Of a DNA stretch of 64,000 bases, positions 30,469-40,667 are shown piece by piece. The translations under genes were made by a program, and so were the position numbers. The DNA lies in the NCBI GenBank assembly GCA_050633245.1, contig JBOEGD010000004.1, positions 109,866-173,865 on the forward strand, written 5' to 3'. The notes under the pieces are model-generated. The model had not been told where the DNA came from, made no database searches, and was given only the letters and a program-made list of their open reading frames with translations. This DNA is from Calditrichia bacterium (GTDB taxonomy: Bacteria; Calditrichota; Calditrichia; RBG-13-44-9; J075). Each line of letters opens with the position of its first letter. Position 1 is the first letter of the stretch.

Positions 30469-31953
30469 TTAGATATTGCGTCGTAGTCGAGCTACCGGAA
30501 TATCCATTTGCTCGCGATATTTTGCTACGGTCCGACGGGCAATTGGAATACCTTCATCCTTTAACAGCTTGGCTAACTTCTCGTCACTGAGAGGCTTGCG
30601 CGGATTCTCCGCACCGATAATTACCTTTAGTCTGTCCTTGATGCGAAGTGTGCTCATGTCTTCGCCGTCTTCGGTCTCCATTCCTTCATTAAAGAAATAC
30701 TTTAACGGGAAAATACCGTGATCGGTTTCAACATACTTACCTTTACAAACTCTGCTGACCGTAGAGATATCCATTTCTATGTCTTCGGCGATGTCTTTCA
30801 TAATCATCGGGCGAATATGTTCAGCTCCTTTTAGAAAGAAGTCCTTTTGCTTGTCGACAATCGCTTCCATCGTGCGCTGCATGGTTACCTGTCGCTGCTG
30901 GATGGCCTTAATGAACCACTTTGCAGAATCAACCTTTTCCTTAAGGAATTTTTTTACTTCCCTATCGAGCTTCTTAGGTTGCCGAATCATCTTTTTATAG
31001 TGGTTGCTAATTCGGAGCCCGGGTGTTTTGTATTCATTTAATGTTACGACCAGCTCATCATCGACCAGGGCGACGTAGAAATCCGGAACAATATAGTTGA
31101 GCTTTACCTCTGAATAGCCTTCACCGGGCTTGGGGTTTAGCTTCTCGATTTCACTGAGCGCATCTTTTACGTCATCCAAGGTTACGGAAAGCATATCAGC
31201 TACCTTCTCGAAACGTCGATTTACAAAATCTTCATAGCACTCTTTCAATATTTTGATCGGCAAGGAGACTGCGTTCTTATCTTCTTTGGAATACAGCTGT
31301 GCGAGTAGGCACTCACGCATATTTCTCGATCCGATTCCCACGGGATCGAATTGTTGAACAAGTGTTAAAACAGTCTCAACATCTTTTTCTTCAACCTCGA
31401 ACACCTCGGCAATAGACTCGCTGTTTACATCTTTATCCAGATAACCGGTTTCACCGATGTTGTATATAATGTATTCTCCAATACGAAATTCTAGGTCAGA
31501 CAAGTTTAACATGCGCAGCTGCTCTAGAAGATGTTCCGACATGCTTTCTTCATAACGCTCCGGCATGTTCATTTCTTCTTTAGAATTGTCCTTTGGCTGG
31601 CGCGGCTCAGGCGGATCATCTTCATTTGGCAAGAGGTCATCCAGATCTATCTCGTCCTGGCCTTCCTCATTGGCCTTGTCTTCTTCGCTTTTGGTGTTTT
31701 CTTCTATTTTACCAATTTCTTCTTCAATCTCTTCGCGTTCTTCCTTGTTCTCATCCATCTCCAATTCATCATCGCCATCCTGTATATCTTCCCATTCTTC
31801 AGACTCTTCCAGAACCGGGTTAATCTCCAGTTCAGTTTGAATCTTCTGTTCCAGCATAAGCATTGGAAGCTGTAATAAAGTGGACACGAGAATCTGCTGC
31901 GGTTTTAAAACCTGCTGCTGAGTTTGTATGAGTGCTTGTCCTAGCTTGGCCAT
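30469..31953 (-). CDS. rpoN: RNA polymerase sigma-54 factor
   Basis: Gln-rich region I, acidic region II, DPVGIG, LNPKPG, STVSR HTH, RpoN box [10 protein letters not shown]. Confidence 0.98.
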   Translation of the reverse strand: MAKLGQALIQTQQQVLKPQQILVSTLLQLPMLMLEQKIQTELEINPVLEESEEWEDIQDGDDELEMDENKEEREEIEEEIGKIEENTKSEEDKANEEGQDEIDLDDLLPNEDDPPEPRQPKDNSKEEMNMPERYEESMSEHLLEQLRMLNLSDLEFRIGEYIIYNIGETGYLDKDVNSESIAEVFEVEEKDVETVLTLVQQFDPVGIGSRNMRECLLAQLYSKEDKNAVSLPIKILKECYEDFVNRRFEKVADMLSVTLDDVKDALSEIEKLNPKPGEGYSEVKLNYIVPDFYVALVDDELVVTLNEYKTPGLRISNHYKKMIRQPKKLDREVKKFLKEKVDSAKWFIKAIQQRQVTMQRTMEAIVDKQKDFFLKGAEHIRPMIMKDIAEDIEMDISTVSRVCKGKYVETDHGIFPLKYFFNEGMETEDGEDMSTLRIKDRLKVIIGAENPRKPLSDEKLAKLLKDEGIPIARRTVAKYREQMDIPVARLRRNI

Positions 31954-32350
31954 TCCCTGTTACCATCGTCCTTGTAAATGATTGAGAGTACGTATTTTTT
32001 TACTTTTGGCATAATTTATGTATACATGTCAATAGTAAGCAATCCCTTGCCACGCTGTCAAGCGAAAAACTTCACATTTTAAACAAATTATCGGTCGTTT
32101 CGGGGTCGAAATGACGTCGAATAAAAACTGTTAAATCTGAATAAAAAAATGGTTAAATGTCACAAGTTTTTCAGATATTACCCTATCTCAATCACATCGT
32201 TTTGATTGGTACGATGTATCCGTATGTAGCGCAAAGTGTGCGCACCGCGGCGCAGCTGATGCGCCATTGCCAAACCGCTCAAAATACAGCCACTTTAATA
32301 TTGCTGCTGCAAATAACTGTTTTAATTAGATATATGAATCCCTGAAAATA

Positions 32351-32368
32351 ATGGCACAGTGGTTGTAT
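32351..32368 (+). promoter_or_regulatory. Putative sigma54 promoter for the VIT-VWA gene
   Basis: ATGGCACAGTGGTTGTAT: canonical TGGCAC -24 element and TTGTA -12 element at correct spacing. Confidence 0.7.
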
Positions 32369-32438
32369 TAGCTGAAGTAATGACAACAACATAACATAGC
32401 ATTTAATTTATTATCAGAAATTCCCAGCGGAGGGCTTT

Positions 32439-34517
32439 ATGAATCGTCTCGTTACATTAACCTTTTTACTTCTTTCGGGCATTGTACTCGGAAACGGTGT
32501 CGGCATTGTTGACGCAACTACCGGCAGTTATCTTCATCTTGCAAAAAGTGATGTAGAAGTTACGGTTGAAAGTCAGATTGCCATAACCAAAACTACACAT
32601 ACTCTGGTAAACACTCAGTTGAATGACGTGCAGATAAAATATGGCTTTCCTCTGAGTGAAAATGCAAGCGCGATCGATTTGCGCTGGAGGGTGAGCGGAC
32701 AGTGGTATCAGGCTAACATTAATGAACAGCCTGCAGATACAACGCTTCCCGGTTCGGGTGGGACAGTCCAGCAGGCACTACTCGATCATCTTGGAGCAAC
32801 ACCTCTATATTTTGATATTCCTAACTCTGTTGCCGCAAACGATACAATTCTGATTGAATTGAGCTATGTTGAATTATTGCCCTACAGTTTTGGTAAGGTG
32901 AACTATGAATATCCTAACGATTATACACTTTTACAAAACAGCAGTGTCGATCGTCAGGAGTTCTTCTTTACGCTTAATTCGCCGCGAACAATTAACGTGA
33001 TTCAGCTTAAGACCAGTCATACGCTTTCACATCTTACCAATAATGGAAATGTCGCAGAAATCGGCACGACTGACCTGGAGCAGCAGGCGGATGAGGATTA
33101 CGCAATTGAGTATGAGCTCGACCTAAATCAGCTGGGCCTCTTTGGTTTTAGTACGCGTATTCCAGATAGCACATTGCCTGACACGCACGGCGGATTTTTT
33201 ACCTTCATTGCCGAGCCGGACCCCACTTCGACGAGCACTATAGATAAAGTCTTTACGTTAATCATTGATCGTTCCGGTAGCATGACTGGTGATAAAATTG
33301 TGCAGGCACGCGATGCAGCTTCTTTTATCGTCAATAATCTCAACGCTGGTGATCGTTTTAACATTGTTGACTTCGCAAGCAATGTAACGGCCTTCAATAG
33401 TGAGCACGTAGATTTCAATGCAACCACGCAGCAGCAGGCCTTGACATATGTAAATCAGATAAACGCGAACGGCGGCACGAATATCTCCGGAGCATTTGAT
33501 GTTGCAATGCCTCAGTTTGGTGCGGCAAATAATTCAACTGCAAACATCATCGTATTCTTCACAGATGGCAGAGCAAATGGTGGAATCAGCAATACTACTG
33601 CGCTGCTGGCACATATTCAACAGCTTCAAAATCAGACCAACGCAAACGTAAGCATCTTTACCTTTGGTATTGGTCCGAATGTAGCTACCCAGTTGTTAAC
33701 GCTTATGGCGTCGCAAAATAACGGACTAGCAGAATTTCTTGGCAATGATGAGTTGTTCGGTCGCATTACCAATTTCTATTTACGCATTCGCAATCCAGTC
33801 CTGTTGGAAACACAAATCAGTTTTACTCCACCGGTCATTAGCGAAGTATATCCAGACCCGCTTCCCAATTTGTATAAGGGACAGCAAATGATTGTTTCGG
33901 GACGCTATCAGTCCGCTCAGCCGGTAACTGTTAGTCTCAGTGGAACGGCCTTTGGGCAGCCGGTGCTTTATGAATATAATCTAAACCTGGCTATTGCCGA
34001 AGAGCCCAACTACCGCTTTCTGACAAAGGTTTGGGCAAAATCCAAAATTGAACATCTGTTGGTCGCATACTTTGGTTTGGATCCAAACGATCCGCAGGCT
34101 CAGATTATCAAAGATGAAATTATCACACTTAGTTTGGCCTATCGGGTTATTAGTCCTTTCACCGGATTTAGCGGCGGTGATCCGGTTGGAATCGAAGACG
34201 AAGAGTTCCTTGGTGAGCAGCCAACACTGAGTGGCGACTTCGAACTCCTGGGTAATTATCCGAATCCGTTTAACCCGACCACCCAGATTCGCGTGAAGAT
34301 AAATGCGGCTTATGCCGGACCGTTGAACATCGCCATCTATAATGCTCTTGGCCAATTGGTTCGCACGCTGACGTTAGACATTAACGGTCCTGGAATATAT
34401 GAAGTGGAATGGGATGGAAGGCTTGCCAGTGGAGAGATTGCCGCGAGTGGCACTTATATCTACGTAGTTGAAGCAAACAATACGGTGCTTGCAGGCAGAA
34501 TGATTCTGCTGAAGTAA
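32439..34517 (+). CDS. Secreted VIT + VWA domain protein (inter-alpha-trypsin-inhibitor-like) with Por/T9SS-type C-terminal domain
   Basis: Signal peptide; VIT-like N-terminus; MIDAS DRSGSM, GGTNI, FFTDG, FTFGIG; NYPNPFNPTT tail. Confidence 0.9.
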   Translation: MNRLVTLTFLLLSGIVLGNGVGIVDATTGSYLHLAKSDVEVTVESQIAITKTTHTLVNTQLNDVQIKYGFPLSENASAIDLRWRVSGQWYQANINEQPADTTLPGSGGTVQQALLDHLGATPLYFDIPNSVAANDTILIELSYVELLPYSFGKVNYEYPNDYTLLQNSSVDRQEFFFTLNSPRTINVIQLKTSHTLSHLTNNGNVAEIGTTDLEQQADEDYAIEYELDLNQLGLFGFSTRIPDSTLPDTHGGFFTFIAEPDPTSTSTIDKVFTLIIDRSGSMTGDKIVQARDAASFIVNNLNAGDRFNIVDFASNVTAFNSEHVDFNATTQQQALTYVNQINANGGTNISGAFDVAMPQFGAANNSTANIIVFFTDGRANGGISNTTALLAHIQQLQNQTNANVSIFTFGIGPNVATQLLTLMASQNNGLAEFLGNDELFGRITNFYLRIRNPVLLETQISFTPPVISEVYPDPLPNLYKGQQMIVSGRYQSAQPVTVSLSGTAFGQPVLYEYNLNLAIAEEPNYRFLTKVWAKSKIEHLLVAYFGLDPNDPQAQIIKDEIITLSLAYRVISPFTGFSGGDPVGIEDEEFLGEQPTLSGDFELLGNYPNPFNPTTQIRVKINAAYAGPLNIAIYNALGQLVRTLTLDINGPGIYEVEWDGRLASGEIAASGTYIYVVEANNTVLAGRMILLK

Positions 34518-34623
34518 GGTTGCCGGGGGAGGCTGCGGACAACTTTTGTTGCCGCAGCCAGCATAATATTCCCCGGATACGAGGTCGGTTTGCCGAACTT
34601 CGTATTCGGGCTGAATGAGGGGT

Positions 34624-34662
34624 GCGGCGGGATTCCAATAGGTCTCCCGCCGCCGTTTTTTT
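34624..34662 (+). terminator. Intrinsic terminator
   Basis: GCGGCGGGA...TCCCGCCGC followed by T7. Confidence 0.8.
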
Positions 34663-34828
34663 GCCATATTCATAGCAAAAAAAAACTTATGAAAATTTTA
34701 AAAAGATGTAGCATAAAGAGCGGTTCTACCCTACATTTGTCGTCTGTATTAAAATTGTATCAAAACTTATGCACGTGTCTAGACCTTTGTCGGCGTGCAA
34801 GCGAATCCACAGAAAGGAATTCATTAGA

Positions 34829-35434
34829 ATGAAGTTTAACGGTTCGAAAGTAAAACTGTCTCGTCAGCTTGGCATTCCGTTGACCCCGAAGGCTGCTCGC
34901 GTGATGGAAAAGAAACCTTACGTACCTGGTCAGCATGGTCCGACCAAGCGCACCGGTGGTAAGATGTCTGATTATAAGCGTCAGCTGCTTGAAAAGCAAA
35001 AGTTGCGCGCTCAATATAATGTTCACGAAAAGCAGTTACTGAATTATTACAAGAAGGCTTCTCGCAAAGCCGGAAACACTTCCGACAATTTGGTTGGTAT
35101 GCTTGAGCGTCGTTTGGATGCCGTTGTATTTCGTGGCGGCCTGGCTAAAACGATTTACGCTTCCCGTCAGTATGTTGGTCATGGTCATATCACGGTAAAC
35201 GGCAAAAGCGTTGATATTCCGTCTTATCAGGTTAAACCGGGTGATGTTGTTTCTGTGAAGCAGAAGAGCCGCAAGCTCGAATGTTTTCAGGATGCTGTAA
35301 AAAATGCAAACCCGCCGGAATATCTGGCTGTTTCCAAACCTGACATGTCGATTACCTTTAGCGAAGTTCCTGTTCGCAACGACGTGCCGGTTGTTTGTGA
35401 AATCTCACTTGTGATCGAATTCTATTCGCGCTAA
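34829..35434 (+). CDS. rpsD: 30S ribosomal protein S4 (no zinc-ribbon motif, monocistronic)
   Basis: PGQHG, SDYKRQLLEKQKLR, LERRLDAVVFR, HGHITVNG..VDIPSY, VIEFYSR. Confidence 0.97.
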   Translation: MKFNGSKVKLSRQLGIPLTPKAARVMEKKPYVPGQHGPTKRTGGKMSDYKRQLLEKQKLRAQYNVHEKQLLNYYKKASRKAGNTSDNLVGMLERRLDAVVFRGGLAKTIYASRQYVGHGHITVNGKSVDIPSYQVKPGDVVSVKQKSRKLECFQDAVKNANPPEYLAVSKPDMSITFSEVPVRNDVPVVCEISLVIEFYSR

Positions 35435-35463
35435 GTAGAACCGCGAATTGTCTATCGCTTTAT

Positions 35464-35497
35464 AAAGCCGCCCCGAATTTCGGGGCGGCTTTTTTTA
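35464..35497 (+). terminator. Intrinsic terminator after rpsD
   Basis: AAAGCCGCCCCGAA-T-TTCGGGGCGGCTTT plus T-tract. Confidence 0.9.
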
Positions 35498-35703
35498 TGT
35501 TGATTTCAGAGGTTCAAGTTTACGATAGGTAGAAAAATAGTATTGATGGAAATGGCGAGTTCCCGAGCCCAAAGCGTTTTTCGTTCTTTTTGCACTGTCA
35601 AAAAGAATCTATGAAACCGCAGAGCCAGAACGAGGAAGAATCTGTAGTCAGCATTACGGTCTGTATTCTGACTGCGGCTGGAAGTAGCGATCTGTTTGAC
35701 AAA

Positions 35704-36597
35704 TTACTTGATCACCTTCACATACGTCGTATCGGTGATAACCGCTCCAAATACACCAATACCATCTCCAGCCAGATTTAGCACCGGCGCGTGAAAGTTG
35801 CCATCGTCTTCCTGCACATCGTCATAGGTCTTGATGTAGTTCTCGTAGTTCTCATCGCAGGCATAGCCAATCACCTGATACCGTCCGTAAAACGGCAGCT
35901 CGATCCAGAACAGTTCAATCTCACTGCGTCCCGGAGTGGTCGGCATATTCAAATACCATTCGTATTCAAAACGCAAACTGCCCAGATCCTCGCGAACGTC
36001 CTCCTCATCCAGGTCATCATAAGGATTACCGTAGACATAAGACTCTACGCTGCCGTCGATAGCCCAGGTAGAGAAAAGATAGAAGTCGATTCCGGGTGAG
36101 CGTTCGAATTCAATGCTGAAACGCGTCAGGTCGCCGTTGGAATTAGTCTGCCGATACTGCATGCTATCCGCGTTTGTACCCGTTATATCCATGCCGAGCT
36201 GAGGAACAGTGGTAACAGCAGATGTTTGCAAATCCTTACCAGCTACGGTTGCTGAAACATTCAGCTCATAACTGCTGCCGGGAAGAATTATTAGGTCACT
36301 TCCGGGATAAAAATAAGTCCCCTCGTTTGGAGCGTAAGCGAGCGCATAATCCTGCTGGGTTGCAACATCTGTTAATGTGACAACCGCATCCTGAATCAGC
36401 AGTTCTTCGAGACTGATGCGCTCGTTCACCCGGAAGTTACGCGAGATAAAAACGTCGCCAACTCCCTCACCGGGAGTAAGTATGGCAAAGACCGAAATCT
36501 TGGGCTCATAGAGTGAATCATCTACCTTCAAAGTGCCTTCACCACATCCGGAATTAGAAAGAACAATAGCAAGCAAAAGCAATAGTATATAACGCAT
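35704..36597 (-). CDS. DUF4249-like lipoprotein (partner of the TonB-dependent receptor)
   Basis: Lipobox NSGC; YELNV..GK...AVTTVP; C-terminal N..GDGIGVFGA. Confidence 0.75.
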   Translation of the reverse strand: MRYILLLLLAIVLSNSGCGEGTLKVDDSLYEPKISVFAILTPGEGVGDVFISRNFRVNERISLEELLIQDAVVTLTDVATQQDYALAYAPNEGTYFYPGSDLIILPGSSYELNVSATVAGKDLQTSAVTTVPQLGMDITGTNADSMQYRQTNSNGDLTRFSIEFERSPGIDFYLFSTWAIDGSVESYVYGNPYDDLDEEDVREDLGSLRFEYEWYLNMPTTPGRSEIELFWIELPFYGRYQVIGYACDENYENYIKTYDDVQEDDGNFHAPVLNLAGDGIGVFGAVITDTTYVKVIK

Positions 36598-36624
36598 TGG
36601 TGTTTCTCCATTCATCATCATTTA

Positions 36625-38964
36625 TTAGAACTGTAGTCGGAATCCGATTGTTGGCAAAATAGGGAACATGTTCACCGTTTCGATCTCGGGAATACCCTGC
36701 GAGTAATCGTATTCAACAAACCAGATGTTTTTGCGATTGCCGACATTAAATACCTGTATATACGAATCGAGTGCCCAGTTGGTGAACTTTTTTTTGTAGG
36801 TTAGACTAACGTCGAGCCGGGCATAGTGGGGGAGACGCACACTATTGATTGCCGCAGGAAAATAAGCCAGGTCAATACTACCTGTTCCCGGCAACTCGCC
36901 GGTTAAATAGGCTGAACCAGGCTGAGTAATTGGTTGTCCCGAGCTATAGACGCCATTCAACCCGAATACCCAGCGTCCCGGCTTGCCATTGCTCGATTTT
37001 CCACGCAGTTTACGTATGGCATTCGGTATATCAATATTGCTTACGATATTCACTGTGGAATGACGGTCGTGTCGCGGGGCAAATTCTTCACCGGCGTTGA
37101 GCGTTCCAAACTCATAGCGTGTGCGCGTATAGCTGTAACCAATCCATCCGTTTATGGCGCCGCTATTTTTGCGAAAGAGTAGTTCTGCACCACTGCTTTG
37201 CCCATCTCCGCCGTTAAAAATACCCTGCGTGTCGCTGAAAATAGGATCGCCGTTTTCATTAAAACCGGAATTCTGCAGCTCTGTAAGAAAGGTTTGATTG
37301 AATTGATAAATGTTGCGATACCGTTTGAAGTAACCCTCAATTTCAAATTCATAGTTACGCGCCACTTCCTGTTGATAGCCGAGAATAAAATGGTCGGCTT
37401 CAGACTTATCCTGATACTGATTGGCTGTGCTCCAGATGTCGGAGGCGACAGTTTGTGGAATGCGATTAAGGAACTGATGATAGCGCCCAACGGCGGCTTT
37501 TAAATTCACGGTATTGGTAAGTCGGTATTTGAGTGAAGCTCTTGGCTCCCAGCTCTGAAAATCCTTATCAGACGTAAAGTAATTATAGCGTATTCCGGCT
37601 TCAATATCCCAGCGAGTTGATGGTCGCCAGCTGTTTTGTAAATACCCGGTATAGTGCTTTGGACGTTGATCGATATCGACTTCACCACCGGGGAATTCTT
37701 CCTTATATATCACGTGTAGATTTTTCTGCTCGAAACCAAATCTCACCAGCCAGGCCGCGCTATGATGATATTCCAAATTCCCTTTCAGTGACACGTCTGA
37801 AATAAAGTTCTTCGCTTTTGCCGGGAGAATACTGGTGACGTCGAAGGTGGAGGAAAAACGACTACCAGTTAGCCAGAAGTTGCCGAATAGACGTGGCGTG
37901 AAAACACTGGTAAGGCGAGCACTTCCGGTTTGATTTCCCCAATTTAAGTCAAAACCTGAGCGCACTGTTGCGTTCGGATTTAACGTCACCTTCAGAACAT
38001 CGCTGCCACCGTACCCACTTAGCGTTAGCTTGTGAGAAGGGGAGAGCTCATAAAATGCCTTGAGGTTTCCGTCATAAAAGTAATACTCCGGAAGATCGTC
38101 ATTTAATTTTGCGACTGTCTTGTCAAAATACGTTCTGCGAATAGAACCTGAAATCGCTCCTTTTTCTCCAAGCGGCATTTGCAAGGTAGTCTTTGCCGAT
38201 AGCAGGCTAACCGAAGCGCTTCCCTGAAATTCATTACGATTACCATCGAGATTGATAACGTCAAGTATAGAAGACAGCCTTCCACCGTAGGATGCGTTAA
38301 ATCCACCTTTTGAAATTTCCACGTGCTTAATGGCATCTGTATTAAATGTCGAAAAGATTCCGAAAGCGTGTTCCGGATTATATACATCTGTGCCGTCGAT
38401 CAGATACAGGTTTTGATCCGGAGTGCCGCCACGAACGTAAAGGGCGGAAGAGAAATCTGACACCGCCTGCACGCCGGGAAGGGTTTGCAGAGAGCGAAGC
38501 AAATCGCCCTCTGCAACCTGGGGGATGGCATTAATCTGCCTGGGGGATAACTCGATATTGGAAATCGGTTTTTCATACAGCCTGATACTGGTTCGCACCG
38601 AGTCGGCAACAACATCTACAGACTGTCCCTCTACCACGTCTAATGGTAAGCGAACGTCAATTACTACGTTTTCACCCGACTTAAGGTTTACTGTCTGCTT
38701 GAACAGTCGGTAACCAATCATCTCGCAAACGACCTCGTAGCTGCCAGCTGAAACCTGTGACACAAAATAGTAGCCACTGAGATTTGTTGAACCGCCTACG
38801 GCGAGTTCCGGGATATACACATTCGCCCCGATAATTGCCTCGCCATTGCTGGCGTCGTATACAAACCCGCTTATGGAAGCAGAGTTATCTTCGTTTGCCG
38901 AAGCATATCCACATATTAATGCAGCTGCAAATATCAAAACAATTAATAGTAGTCGCACATTCAT
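36625..38964 (-). CDS. TonB-dependent outer-membrane receptor with N-terminal carboxypeptidase-regulatory-like domain
   Basis: ISGFVYDASNGEAIIGANV; plug LQTLPGV...LYVRGGTPDQNLYLIDG; YGGRLSSILD; C-terminal Phe. Confidence 0.93.
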   Translation of the reverse strand: MNVRLLLIVLIFAAALICGYASANEDNSASISGFVYDASNGEAIIGANVYIPELAVGGSTNLSGYYFVSQVSAGSYEVVCEMIGYRLFKQTVNLKSGENVVIDVRLPLDVVEGQSVDVVADSVRTSIRLYEKPISNIELSPRQINAIPQVAEGDLLRSLQTLPGVQAVSDFSSALYVRGGTPDQNLYLIDGTDVYNPEHAFGIFSTFNTDAIKHVEISKGGFNASYGGRLSSILDVINLDGNRNEFQGSASVSLLSAKTTLQMPLGEKGAISGSIRRTYFDKTVAKLNDDLPEYYFYDGNLKAFYELSPSHKLTLSGYGGSDVLKVTLNPNATVRSGFDLNWGNQTGSARLTSVFTPRLFGNFWLTGSRFSSTFDVTSILPAKAKNFISDVSLKGNLEYHHSAAWLVRFGFEQKNLHVIYKEEFPGGEVDIDQRPKHYTGYLQNSWRPSTRWDIEAGIRYNYFTSDKDFQSWEPRASLKYRLTNTVNLKAAVGRYHQFLNRIPQTVASDIWSTANQYQDKSEADHFILGYQQEVARNYEFEIEGYFKRYRNIYQFNQTFLTELQNSGFNENGDPIFSDTQGIFNGGDGQSSGAELLFRKNSGAINGWIGYSYTRTRYEFGTLNAGEEFAPRHDRHSTVNIVSNIDIPNAIRKLRGKSSNGKPGRWVFGLNGVYSSGQPITQPGSAYLTGELPGTGSIDLAYFPAAINSVRLPHYARLDVSLTYKKKFTNWALDSYIQVFNVGNRKNIWFVEYDYSQGIPEIETVNMFPILPTIGFRLQF

Positions 38965-38983
38965 CAGAATTCATCCTCTGTTC

Positions 38984-39850
38984 TTATTCACCTTCGATAG
39001 AAATATTGCCGTTTACTGCTTCTAAATTAATCGTTCCGTTTCCCGATCCCAGGCGGCCGCGTAGTGAGGTCGGCGTGCTCTGAGAATCCTGCAGTGGCAG
39101 CCCGATGGAAGAAATACCGCCATTGGTAACCTTTGCATTTAGTTGTGCGGACGTTCCTGTGGGAATCGTTAGAAAAACCTGACCGTTAACTGCCTCAAGG
39201 TCACATATGCCTCCCGGTAATAACGAGAGTTCTGCTACAATGTTACCGTTTACCAGATCGGAGTTGACATTCCCTCGAACGTCGTTTAAATAGATATTTC
39301 CATTGGTCAAATCGGCTGATACGTTTCCATTAATTGCAGCGGCATCAATTTGTCCATTCTCAACATCCACGATGACGGCTTCATTTATTTGAGAAATCGC
39401 AACATTACCGTTAATGTTATCGATGTTAACAAACCAGTCACGCGGCAGGCGCACAAAATAATCAACAATTACGTTTCTGCCATCCGTATCATGTGGTTGA
39501 TCGGTTAGCACGGTCAGGCGCTGATTTTCAATGATAATCTGAACCTGAACCTGATCGAGGAACCATCGCGCATCCCGCAGGCTGTTCGATTCAACGCGCC
39601 TTTCGCCATAGACAATAATTTCCTGTGAGCCGGAAACACCTATTACTTCGACATTTCCATTAATACCATCCACTACAAAGTCGCCCGGTCCGGTTACGTC
39701 AAAAGCATAATCAAAATCTGCGGATGCTACATAGTCATTTCCTCGGTAGTCTGAACCGAAATCTTCTACACAGGAAGAGAATAAAAGTAAAACCAGGCTA
39801 AGATAAAGACCTACTTTCAAAACGCTTTTAGTTGTTCGTTTATTTTTCAT
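38984..39850 (-). CDS. DUF4097-like beta-strand-repeat lipoprotein
   Basis: Lipobox FSSC; repeated (N/V)NGNV/I units. Confidence 0.8.
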   Translation of the reverse strand: MKNKRTTKSVLKVGLYLSLVLLLFSSCVEDFGSDYRGNDYVASADFDYAFDVTGPGDFVVDGINGNVEVIGVSGSQEIIVYGERRVESNSLRDARWFLDQVQVQIIIENQRLTVLTDQPHDTDGRNVIVDYFVRLPRDWFVNIDNINGNVAISQINEAVIVDVENGQIDAAAINGNVSADLTNGNIYLNDVRGNVNSDLVNGNIVAELSLLPGGICDLEAVNGQVFLTIPTGTSAQLNAKVTNGGISSIGLPLQDSQSTPTSLRGRLGSGNGTINLEAVNGNISIEGE

Positions 39851-39958
39851 GATAATCCCCTTTATAAATCGTTGTTTTCTGTTCTTTTTTACTGATTTTT
39901 GGCAAAGCACACCCGTTCGGCGGTTCACCGTTTTTTTTTAACTATATGTGTGTACAGA

Positions 39959-40645
39959 TTAGTCTTTTAGTTTTTTCAGAGCTGCTTTTGCTTCTTCAAT
40001 GGCGTTTTCATCACCACAGGTTTTTGCGTTTTCAAGTGCCCTGCGAAAGTTGGTTTCTGCCTGTTCTTTTTTTTCCAGTGCATCAAATGAACTGGCCAGT
40101 TTAAAATATAGATCGGTGCAGCCATGTTGGTCCGGATATCGTCGCAGGATGCTAATGCTTTTCATTACGACATTGGAATACAATTCGTGAATAAAGAGAG
40201 CATTTACTCCGTTGCTTTCCTTTGTCCATAAATCTTCCGAGGTAGACAGACTGACTTTGTCCTCGCTTTTTGCTCCGTGAACAACGCTTACCTTGCCGAG
40301 TTTAAGCTGTGCCGGAGCACTTCGCTTTTCAAGCTTCTCAATTTTCTGCCGCATCAAAAACAAAAACAGCTCTTTCTGCGTAATATCCCGTAGGTCGGCG
40401 ATGTCGAGAATGCTATTGCTCTCCAGAGTAAACTGCCGCTCGTCATCAAGCGAAAGCACCACGCTGCCATTTTCACCGGTAAGAATCGTATCAATATCCC
40501 TTAATATCATCTGTCTTGCTGCGCCAATCCATTCTTCGTCCATGCCGCGTCGGATTTTGACGCTACCGCTAAGCTCAATGATAGTTGCCTCAAGAGCGAT
40601 GAGTGGAAGGCTGAAAAGAATGATTGCTATAAACAGATGCTTCAT
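39959..40645 (-). CDS. Secreted FecR-like domain + TPR protein
   Basis: Signal peptide; IIELSGSVKIRR...DTILTGENGSVVLSL...LESNS (FecR N-terminal pattern); C-terminal TPR-like helices. Confidence 0.7.
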   Translation of the reverse strand: MKHLFIAIILFSLPLIALEATIIELSGSVKIRRGMDEEWIGAARQMILRDIDTILTGENGSVVLSLDDERQFTLESNSILDIADLRDITQKELFLFLMRQKIEKLEKRSAPAQLKLGKVSVVHGAKSEDKVSLSTSEDLWTKESNGVNALFIHELYSNVVMKSISILRRYPDQHGCTDLYFKLASSFDALEKKEQAETNFRRALENAKTCGDENAIEEAKAALKKLKD

Positions 40646-40667
40646 AATGTCTCCAATAAAAAATCAG

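Noticed and set aside
32038-32053. Minus-strand TGGCAAGGGATTGCT as a sigma54 promoter for rpoN
   Set aside because: Spacing is GG-N9-GC, one base short of the strict requirement.
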